Assembly (NCBI GenBank): GCA_036172245.1
Contig: JAYWIR010000049.1
Span: 930,001 to 994,000, forward strand
Direction: 5' to 3'
DNA from: Raillietiella orientalis
Lineage: Eukaryota
DNA length: 64,000 nucleotides
Numbering within the stretch: the first letter of the stretch is position 1; each line of letters begins with the position of its first letter. The notes under the pieces were generated by a model. The model was not told where the DNA came from, ran no database searches, and saw nothing but the letters and a program-made list of their open reading frames with translations. Made by a program: the position numbers and the translations under genes. Below, piece after piece: positions 1 through 10,500 of this stretch.

Positions 1-1216
1 AAAAAAAAAAAAAAATTCTCTTGTCCTGCGTCGTTTGTTCCTTTTTTTTTTTTTCCCTCGTAAGGGGAAGGATGGAAAAGGGATCAGTTTGCTCTCCCGA
101 CACGTTTTGATCAAGGAGTGGTCGGCGGGTCGAGTCTTCTGGACTGGAGACCTGCTCCCACTCTCTGAAGGTGTTCGGTACTCCTGTGTCCGTGTGTCCT
201 CCTGCATTTCCCTCTCCTCGCTCCAGTTCCCCCCTTTCTCCGGGATCCTTCTTTAAGAAGGATTGTTTGGAAAAACCCCGTGGTGGGGAGGAGGAGTGGA
301 TCGATAAGCTCCGGAACGGGAGGCAGCACCCAACAGCCTTCTCTTCCACTCTCCGCAGCAGCAACAGCAGCAGGGACGGCAGGAACGCGCACAGCCTGCC
401 GCCGCCTCCATGAATGCTTCTGCGACCACCAACCGGGACGGTTGCGTCCTCGAGAGGGTTGCACTCGAGCGGTCTCACCATCTCGAGGACGACACGGAGA
501 TGGAAGAAACAAATGAAACAAACGCTCTTTTGCTTTTGTTTTTAATAAAAAGTAAGAAATGAGCACCGTGCTGCAGGGACGACAGAGGAATCTGCTTCCA
601 TCGGGAACGCATTTTCACAGGGTTTACAGCCATTGCAGCCACCTGGAGACTGCCTGAGGGTGGAGGGAGAACGAAGAATCCCGAAGCAGCCAAGGACAAT
701 CACAACGCTTCCAGGAACGAACGTGTCCCTTGACGTTGCAGCTGGGGGAAAGGGGGGAGGGGAGAGAGAGAAAGGTCTCTTCGCCCGCTGTTCTCCCTTC
801 GAGATGGTGGGAAGATACAGTACACGACAACAGCCTGTGACATCATGCTCCCTCCCCTGCAATGGTTCCTTTTCGGTACGGAGGGGAAAGGGAAGGTGGG
901 GGATGCAGGAGGAAGTGGCCTTGCTCTTCTTTTTTTTTTCTTTTTCGCTTTTGGTTTTCGGTGGGAGCTCCCGGTCCGGAGGCGGTTCTCCACTGCAGGA
1001 GAACCGCTGAGGGCACTTCGGCGATACGACAGCAGCGCCGGTGGCGGCAGCATGCGGAACTTCGCACACGCCTCTTCCGCTGCTGCCACCAAGATGGAGA
1101 GGGTGGGGGAAGGGGAATTCAAGCAACGTCCGCGTGTGCTGAAGGAGGGATTTTGGGGGGGTGGGGCAGACCGCCGCCGCAGCAGCATTGTACACGCCTC
1201 ACATCGCGCGGCACCA

Positions 1217-4200
1217 TCAGATGCTGAGATATCCGTGATACGCTGCAGTGGGAAGCGCTGCCACGCGGCGTGAGAAGACCAGATCACCCGCCTCGTCCTC
1301 CTCCTCCTCGCCTCCGTCCAGGATGACGGCGAAGTTCCACTGGGCGGGAGAAAGGAAACATATGAGAGAGCATCGTCGAACAGCTTCCGGGATTCGCGCC
1401 GTCGCTATCAGCGGGCGTCACGAGCAAGCGACGTGCGCAGGCGCACGGGTGGCCGGGAAAAACTCACCCTGGATACAGACTCCAGAATCTGCTTCAGCAG
1501 GAAGGTGAAGCTGCGGGCGTCCGGCCACGTACGACTGACTAGCAAAGGTGCCTCGTCTGCACCGAGGTGCCTTTCGTGCCCGCTGTCCAGGCACAGCTGG
1601 AAGAACAACAAGCGGTGCAGATCTGGAAGGACGCAGACCAGAGGGTGTGGCAGGCAGGCGGCGAGGGAGAGAGAGAGAGAGACCTGTCAGCTGAAACCCC
1701 GGGTACCTCGCCACGCCCTAACCAGGGAGGCAGAGGGGCGCGCCCGCTCTCTCTCCTCTCCCTCCCCTCCTCTTTCCCTGCGCGCGCGCGCGTCCCGGCT
1801 CTCGACCCGCGGAGACGGATGCCGGGGAAAGACTTTGCGTGGCGGTCGCCAACGGGCGGAATTGAGAGAACGGTGATGCTGCGCTGATCCTCCGCCACGC
1901 CAAAGGAGCCGCCGTTGCTGCATTCTCTCGAACGACAGCAACAGCGGCGGCGGCTCGAGAAAAGCGGTGCGCGCCGAGTCACCAACACCGACCGACCATC
2001 CCTGCCAGGATCGCCGGGAAGCTGCGGGTCGCTGCTTGAGGGGGGTCCGCCCCTCCTCCTCGTCTACTCACGCATCCGGACGGCAGGACGAGACGGCATC
2101 CGTTGGCACCGCTGCCGTGCCGCCGTCGCAGCACGGAGTTGAGCGAACGCGCGCGCGCATGTGAGGGGGAATCCGAGGCAAGGGAGCGTCTCTCCTGGAA
2201 TATTCCCGGGGGGTGAGAGAACACCAAACTCCGCCTCCCCACACACACACGAAGGAGCCATCCGTGGGCGGGAGAACCGACGCTGACACCTACGGATGAC
2301 TGGAGGCGACGACCTCGGAGACAGGAGCGCCGAGAGAGGCTCGGGGCCAGAGAGGAAGAGAGCTGCTCTCCAGCAACGGAATCTCCAGGACAAGAAGCAG
2401 CGAGCGTCCTCTGGGAGTCGCGGCAGCGGAGATCTGAGAGGCTCCGTGCATGTAGGGGGAGGAGGTATCGGAGAGCTGCGGGCGGAAAGAAAGGGAGGAT
2501 GCAGGAGCGTGACGGATCTTCCCGGGGGCAGCGCGGCACTGTGAGCGCAGCTTCTCGCTCCTCCTCGGCAACCACCTCTTCGCCGCCTGCGGGAGGAGAG
2601 ACATGCGTGCCTGGTCCCGGCACTGTCTGGGAAGTCGCCAGTTCCCAAGCCAGTCCAGTCGGTGAGGAAGCTGCGCTGGTTTCCCCCCCTCCCTCCTCTC
2701 CTCGCTGTCCGGAGACCCCCTCTCACTCGCAGCGACCCAGAGACGTCCGGGGAAGCTGAGCGACGCCTCGCGACCGGGGAACGACCAGCTGCGGGATGAG
2801 GAAGCTGTCGACGAGTGCAGGCGCCGCGCGCAGCCGGGGCCGAAGCGGGGAGACGGGGGACAGCGGCGTGCGTTACCTCGCTCAGGGCGAAGCGGCGGCC
2901 CTCTCTCCAGCGGGGGCCGGAGCAGTTGAGCATCAGCTGCACTACCTCCTCCGCGCTGGTCCTGTCAGAAATCAGCAGGCACTTGTAGCAGGGCTGGGAA
3001 TGCGAAGAAGGGGGCGCCCCTGGGTGTCGAGCACACTCCCAGGAGCTCTCAGCCCCTGGCACCAGGAATCGGCCGTCGTAGACCCTGACCACGCCTCCTT
3101 CCCTCATCCGGAGGGCGAACCTGAAAAGCATGACAAGCCGCGGTCAGCAGCACACCTCCCGCCGAGGCCGGCTCGGTGGCGGGGCAACCTTGGACGCATC
3201 ATCAGCAGTCAGGGGGTGCCGCCCTTCTACTTTAGACCCGCCCGCCCCCCACCCCTACTCGTGTCCCCGAGGCAGAGCAAGGAAGGAGGGGCGAGGAAGG
3301 AAGGACGAAGTAAGGGATGGGAAAGAGGGACATCCCGAAGCGAAAAGAGCAGCGCGTCGGAAGCGAAGCGCATCGACTGTACTCTGAACGGGAACGTTCT
3401 GGTATCCTCCCTCCTCCTCGCCCCCACGCACACAGAGGTGCGAGAGCGACAGCATGCGGAGACTCCTCCAAGAGCGCGGGAGAACTCACCTCCCACCCTC
3501 CCACCCGCTCCTCTAGGAGGGACGATGGTTGTGCGCTGATTCTCCGCCGCTGTATCTCCCTCGAGAGGAGCCGCCTGGACGCCTGCACTCTCTCGGACGG
3601 CGGCAACAACTGGCAGGGTGGCTCGAGAGAAGCGGAACGCGCCGAGTCACCGGCACCGACCGACTATCCCTGCCAGGGAGGGAGGGAGGAAACAGTTGCA
3701 GGGGCAACGGCGCGTCTGAGCACAAAAAGACAAACCACATCCGCCGCCGCCGCCTCCCACGCGCGCGCTTCCCGTCCCGAGGTCGCGAGAACGCGTGGGT
3801 TGCGGGCGACGAAGCGTGGCCGGAAAGAACGCAGCGGAAACGGGTTCTCAGGTGAAGAGGAAGAGGAAGAGGGAGGAGGAGGAAGGGCAATGCAGCCGGG
3901 AGGGAGGGTGAGAGGCTTGCTCCTTTCCCTCGTGGAGCGACGGCCCGATCGCGGCCGCCGGCAGTGCCGGGGTCTCGGAGCGACGACGAACCTGGATTCT
4001 CCCTTGGGATGGCAAGACTGGAGTTCCGCTGGACAGGCGTTGTCGTCGAGGATCATCAGAGTCCTCACGGGCATCCCTTGGAGAAGAGAGGAGGAAGATG
4101 CGCACGTCGTCAGGAGCTCCCAACGAGACGGGACCTCACCTTTCGTCTTGATAACCAGCTCCATGGTCAGGTAGAAGAGCTTGGGGTCCCGGTGCCGCAT

Positions 4201-7200
4201 CTTGAACTTGCTGAGCAGCATGGCAACGATCTGCTGGGCGGTGGTGCGGTGCGAGATGCTGAGCGTCTTGTAGTGCAGATCCGACCTCAGACACTGCGCG
4301 TACACCTTCACGGACGCCTGCAAGAGCGTAGTCAGAGCGAGGGCAAGGAACGGAAGAGGACATGCTCCTGCCTGGGGGAACATCGCGCACCTCCGCCGTC
4401 TCCCTGCTCCTCGGCAGGGAGAGAAAGGTCGAAAGGGCCTGAGCCTGACGGCAACCTCTCCACCCTCCCCCAGTGGGCAGTCGGCCCCATTCAGCGCTGC
4501 CACCTGATGCCACGGTTCGCTCTGTCGGGGGCAGCAGCAGGGACCGTCCCGCCGGATCTCCAAGCTTGACGCTTGAGCACGCCCGGAGGGCATGAAAGAG
4601 GGATTGCCCTGTAGGGGCATGGATCACCTGCGGTCCCGCTGCTGACCTCCTGTCCTCGGCCGCAAGTCGAGAGTAGGGGTGAGCAAGGCAGAGGAGCGCT
4701 CTAGGCCTTCTCGTGTCCCACCTGGTTCGCGGGAACTGGGCGCTGCCGATCGACGCCCCCAGTTGCCGCAGCTGGATGAAGGGGGGAGAGGATCGCTTCC
4801 CTCCCTTCCCCCGCCCTTTTGTCTCTGTTGCCCTCCCCCTTGATCACAGAGTGCAGACCCCCGATCTTTCCGCAGGTTCGAGATGGATGGGCGCGTAGCA
4901 TCAGGAACATCTCTTCCGATTGCCAGCGGCACTTTCGGAGCTTCGTACAACCCCAAGAGCTGGAGCGGTGGCGGCAGTGGCCCACCCTCGCACGAGCGGA
5001 AGCGCGCGGAAGGGAGGAGGGAGAGGAAGGGAAGAGTGAGTTGAACCAGAAGAACCGACGAACTTGCGGCCGTGGAGGGTTTCCATGACGCCCGCTCCTC
5101 CTCCTCCTCCATCTGCTCGCCTGCGGGGGCAAGTCCCGGGAACCTCCGGCTGGATGAGCATGTGAAGTGCCACCGGGACGCTGCGCCTCGAGCGAGGCGA
5201 CTGTCCCGCATCCTCGCTACGCCATGGCGACCGGGTAGCATGGCGTGAACGAGGAACGACCGCGGCGTTCGGTACGTGTACCCCGGCTCAGAGAAACGGA
5301 GGGAGGTCTTCCGCAGATGCGTTTTCGGGCTGCACCCCCGGCAGCGGGATCGCGGATTTTCCCGTCCTTCCACCGATCAGGAAGGTGAAGCTGCGGGGAA
5401 ATCCCTTCAGCCCTCTCCAGGACGCTCCCGCATCCTGGCGAGGGCTCCGGACGAGTCGCCTCCAGCGGTAGAAGGGGTTCCGCGGCGAAGCGAGCGCCCG
5501 CCAGAGAGCCGACGCTTCTGATCACTGTGACGACTGGCAACCGCCTATGGGAGCCGAGGGCCTCGTGCAGGGAACGAAGGACAGCGAGAGGGAAAGGAGT
5601 CCCGCCGATCCTCCTCCCCTTCCTCCGCTTCCCGGTTCGTCCTCAGGGGCTTCTTCGGCGCGGCTCCCTGCCGTCCAGGACACTGGAGAGGAGCGCAGGA
5701 CAGTCCGCAGTCCGGTCGGCGACCCCCCAGCCAAAGAGGAAGGACATTCGAAGACGAAAGGATGCAGGCTCTCGGGTGCCCCGTTGCTGCAGGGAGAACG
5801 AGCATTTCCCAGAGGCCGCGGTCATCAGCGCGCCCGTGGGTTACCTCGCGCAGCCCCGCATCTTTGGAGGAACCTTCCTGCCCGCGTGATGGCCATCCAC
5901 GGAACTCCAGCTGGTCCACTCGCGCAGCAGGGCGCCAACGGACGTACCGCTGCCGAAGCTCTCCCGCTGCTGCCCGTGACGCGCGCTTACGTTCCTTTTT
6001 CGGTCACCTCCCCCCTCCCTTCCCGAGCCCATAGGCGCCTTTTCCAAGCGTCGCCCCGCGTGCAGTCTAAAAGTTTCTCTGTAGAAGAGGGGAGGTCAGG
6101 GATACTTTCCTCCTTCCCTACCTTCCTCACAGCTTCCCTGTCCCAGTTCCTCCCTCATCCTTCCCAGCTTTCAAAAAGTCGTTCCGCATGGCGCCACACC
6201 AGCACGGCGCCGTGCGAGGGGCAGAGGGCGAGCCATGGGAGGCGAGAGAGGGGGGCATTTTCAGGAGGGGAGAGGCCTTGCCGGGATCCCGCGAGGCATG
6301 CGGGGAGGGTCCGCTTGCCGGCGATGGCGGGACCTCAGCACGCACAGGGCACCGTCGCGCATGCGCCGTGCAGAGGTCGTCCTACCCAAGCACGTGGTGC
6401 GGCGGCAGAGCATCCCCTCTGCGCTCCTCCCCTCCCTCTCACTCCCAAAAAGAGACAACACCGCTTTTGTGGAACGGAGGAGGTTCCCATGGCAACGTGG
6501 GAGGGGGCGATGGAACCGCGATCCGAACAAAAGAAGTGAACGGAGCATGAATGAACCGAAAAGTGGACCGAAGGGTGAACCGAAACATGAACCGAAAGGG
6601 TTCCGTCCGTCCGTCGGACGACGACGGAAGAGGGATGCCACCACGATCCTCCGGTTCCCGCGTGCCAAAAGAAGACGCGAGCGCATCCAGAAGTTCCCGA
6701 AGAGCGGCGGCGAGGACGCTTTAGGGGGAAGCGACGGCGATGCGCCATCTTTGGGCTTCACGATGCTCCCGCTTCACGGGCGCCGGTCGCTCTCCCGGAT
6801 GTTGGCGACTCCTCGGAAGCCACTTGATGGCGTGCCCTTCCAAATCGAGCGGCCGGGCGCGAAGCACGCGGCCCGCGAGGGACTTGAGGAAGATAGCGCG
6901 ACGGCAGCATCACCTTCGACGAAGAACTTCCTCCTCTGCTGAGAATCCCTCCCACACGCGCCTGCGACAAAGGGCCGCCGGGCTGAAGCTTCTTGGTGGT
7001 GCCCAAGCGGCGGCGGCTGCTGGGAGCGCCTGCGGGACTACTCTTTCTCCAAAACACCTCTAGCGAAACACGTTCCCTTCCGCGATCCCGAGGGTCCGAA
7101 CGTGCTCCTGTGAGAAACCGGTCCGGCCCAGGCCGACCGTCGAACGAGCGGGGCGAGCGCTCCAGAGGATCCTCCAGGAAACACCCACAGGAAACGCTTC

Positions 7201-7576
7201 CCAGGTGGACCATGTGGAGGCGACGTCGCCGGGCGCCGTCCGGCGTCGCCCTGCGGGGTGGGCGGAACCTGTGGAAGGGGCTCAGGAGTGGCAGCGGAGT
7301 CGCGAGGACGGGAAAGCTCAACGGAGAACACTGGGGATGGGGGGAGTCCCTACTGACCATTTCAAAGGGGTGCTGGGGTGGCGTCCCGAACGCTTCCGGG
7401 AGGCTGGCGTAGCTGGAGCAGCGCGAGGAGAGAGGTGTGCTGGAACTGCACGAGAAGTAGCTGACGGTGGACGAGTCCAGGCTGATGGTGTCCACGTGGC
7501 TCTGCCTCTTCAGGGTAGTGGGTTTCGGCCAAGAGCCCCTGGCGCTGCCCGCAGACGACCGCACGTGCTTCAGCAT
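1217..7576 (-). CDS. rau: Tandem Ras-association (RA) domain protein, Rau/CG8965-like. Exons 7576-7358, 4317-4140, 4076-3992, 3120-2877 (possibly split by a small intron), 1596-1468, 1339-1217
   Basis: Exons join in phase at GT-AG sites. The protein reads MLKHV...TPLSSRCSSYASLPE; RA1 VKVYAQCLRSDLHYKTLSISHRTTAQQIVAMLLSKFKMRHRDPKLFYLTME; linker RTLMILDDNACPAELQSCHPKGESRFALRMREGGVVRVYD; RA2 YKCLLISDRTSAEEVVQLML...RFALSE...ERHLGADEAPL; C-terminus YHGYLSI*. This matches my recollection of arthropod Rau-family proteins. Confidence 0.85.
1881..2009. repeat. Intronic dispersed repeat, copy A
   Basis: Aligns by eye with 3533-3676. Shared blocks: GCGCTGAT(C/T)CTCCGCC, GGAGCCGCC, CTGCA(T/C)TCTCTCG, GGCTCGAGA, CGCGCCGAGTCACC, CACCGACCGAC(C/T)ATCCCTGCCAGG. 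Confidence 0.85.
3533..3676. repeat. Intronic dispersed repeat, copy B
   Basis: Same orientation and same conserved blocks as 1881-2009. Confidence 0.85.
6510..6605. repeat. Short degenerate tandem array of (T)G(A/G)ACCGAA units at ~12-nt period
   Basis: TGAACCGAAAAG TGGACCGAAGGG TGAACCGAAACA TGAACCGAAAGG read directly from the sequence. Confidence 0.6.
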
Positions 7577-10500
7577 GGCTTCTAGAAAGCAGGAAGGTCT
7601 TAGAGAGAGCTGGGGAAAGGGGTCGTCCCCTCTTCCCGGTTCGAGGCGGGCTGGGAGCGGTGCTGTTCAAGATTGGCGTCCTGTGCCGTCCGGGAGGCAT
7701 CGAAGAGTCCGCCTACTCCATCCAGTCAACTCCCGGATAATGGGGGGAGAAAGAGGAATTGGAAGGAGCGAAGGCATCGAAGGCGGTGATCTCCTCTGCG
7801 GCCGGTCACCCCAGAACTGTCCTGGCTCGGCCGATGGCGGAGTGCCTTCCTGGGGGAACCCTCCCTGGACCCTGACGTCACGGGGACGGCTGGAGGCGGT
7901 CCGTTGGCACGGGCTGTCCACCTCGCCTTCCCCCGAGACGGATAGGCGAGCGATTCTCCCCGTCTTCTCCCCTGAAAGGTGCGCGTGCAGGGTCGACTGT
8001 GCACGACCCGCACCCTTTGAGTCCGTTGCGTGTGCTTCAGGGTGAGAGGGAGCGCTTTGGGAAAGTCAGCGGCGGGCCGGAGAGCAGGCATCACACCGAA
8101 GCGTCCTGCGTCCCCCACCCTGCCGCCACGAGCGGTCGCGGCGCTCGAGATTCCCGGGAAAACCGGGAATCTCGGTCAGGCGGGACCTACCACGGTAGGT
8201 TCCGCCTGACAACCGGGAGAACCGCGCGCTACCCCGTCACGGCTTGGCGAAAGGCCCGCGGGCAAGGAATCAAAGGGAAGGGGGAGTTCGTCTCGGGCCC
8301 GCCGGTTCACCGGAAACCGTTCGTCGCTGCAGGGGGAAAAGGGAGCGAGGGACGCGCAGGGCTCCCGGGAACGCTCCCGGGTCCGGGAGGATGGGGGAGG
8401 GGGAGGGAGAGGAAGGGACGTGACCAAGGAAGCGCAAAAAAAAAAAAATTACCTGCGATCCCGGGGGAGGGCGATCGACCGAGGCCGAGGGGAGGAGGAG
8501 GCGCCGGTGCTTGTTGTCGTCGTCTTGTCGGCGGGCGTCCCCGGCTCCCTGGAGCATCCCGGCGCCAGCGCTTCGCCGCGGAGGAGACCTCGAAACGCCG
8601 CAACCCGGTCTTGCAGCGCGCGGGGGCAGCAGCTCGCGGCTGACCTTACCCGCCGAGCTGCGCAGCCGCTTCTGCGCATCGTCGCGTAAGGCACGGCGGC
8701 TGCGGCAGCGTCTCAACGCTAGAATCTCCCCCCTAATTGGTGGCAGGAAGTGCTGCGTTCCCACGGCAACGGGCGGGCTGACTCTCCCGCGCGACCGCGG
8801 CACGATCTCCTGAGATCAACCAGCGGCTCCGCTGGGTAGGACCGGGAGCGACGGGAGACGAAACGCAGCGGTGGGCCTCCCCTTTCTTACGCTCCTCCTT
8901 CTCCGCTCTCCGGTGCTCAGGGTAGACGCTCAGGACATCGGCGGCGCTGGCGTCCCGTTCTCGCTGCAGCAGCTGATGCGGCGTCCCTTTGCCCTCGGAG
9001 AAGGCGGGTCCCGCCGCAGTTGCGTCGAGAGAGCACCCTACCCTCCTCTCCCCGAGATCCCCTGACATCTCGGTTGCCACGGCCCGCGATGCCGTCGCTC
9101 TCGCCGCGCAAGGTGCTCAGGACTTCGCCGGGAGCACCGCACGATCCAACGCTCCGAGGGGAACCGCGCAGATGGGGCGCAGGAAAGGTCCAGGAGCAAC
9201 AACCCGGCGTGACTTCCTCGCTATACTCGCGTTCCCCCCGGCCAGACCCTCCCCAACAACCGTCGCGTCCGAAGCTGTAGGGAGAGCTAGTCTTTCCGAA
9301 TTAAAGTAGGGAAAGGCCTTACTGAGGAGAGCGGGTGAGTGGATGGGGTTCCGAATGGGTCGTTAGAGGGATCGAGGAGGAAGAGCCGGACCGTTGTCCG
9401 CAGAGGAGGAGCTTCTCTGAGATCCGCACACTGGGAAAAAGCGCAGGAAATGGGGAGGAAGGGACCCAAGGTGACACAACCGAAGGATGAGAGGAAGGCA
9501 GCGATGTCCTGTGAGTCCTGGATAGCCTCAGGTGTCTTTCCCTTTCCAACTTCGGAAAGGAAGGGAGCGAGGAGAGAGGGAAAAGCACGCGGGGGGACCG
9601 GCGTACCCTCCTCCTCCCCTTCCCCATCCGCAAGCGGCCTCCGTCGGGGGCCACACCCGACCCGTAGCCCAAGGCATGCCGGAAGGATGCGCAAGAGTAC
9701 GCATTCCCCGTGAAGGAGAGAGAAAGGGAGGGAGGAAGGGGCAGATTGTCGGGAACTTCGAAGATGTCGGAGGCGCGCCCGAGGTGAACAGCGGTGCCCA
9801 CGCCTCCCAGGCGGTCAACATCCACTCGCTCGCGGACGGGGAGTGGTCTCGATCGGACCTCCGGGAGGAGACGGACCCCGGGACGGCATGGGAGGGCGAC
9901 GAGCATCGCAACTGCGCAATCCTCGGAGGCGCATCGACCTTGGATCTCGCGGTCCCCATGGCGCAGATGCCTCTCTGATGGATGGCGCACCTCTCGCGTC
10001 TTCTTTCCTCGGGTATCCGAGCGCGCGTGCTGGGTGGGGCAGTGGGATAGGGTGGGAGGGGTCGCAGAGGAAGGGAACAGTCCTTTTTGGAGGGGACGAG
10101 AGTCCTCCCTTTTCCCATCGGACCCACGTGCCTCCTGGAGGAGGGCGTCCGTCCCTTCCTCTTCCCGAGGACGCGTTGTCCCTGCAACGGAAAGTGAGCC
10201 TCTCGCACCGCGAGGATCTCCGGAGGCTTCTCCCAGCAGGAGAGTCCACTCCCACCCCTCCTCCCCTCTTTCCTTCCTCCGTCCGACCCCCCAGTCGCGA
10301 GGGGGGGTCGGACGCGTTCTTTGGTGGGTGAGGAGCTTCCACGACTGCTCCGGCGCGCCAGGAACGAGAGTGACGGCCGTCACTAGGTTACTGCGCAACC
10401 GGACCTTGATGTGGTCTGCACACCCGCGGCCCCCATCTCTCCCTTTCCTCTCCCCAGTCATTCCCTCTCCCCTCCCCCGCCGCCGCAGCGGTCACGCGCT

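Noticed and set aside
6510..6605. CRISPR-like array
   Set aside because: The period is about 12 nt, there are no unique spacers or cas genes, and the context is a eukaryotic intron.
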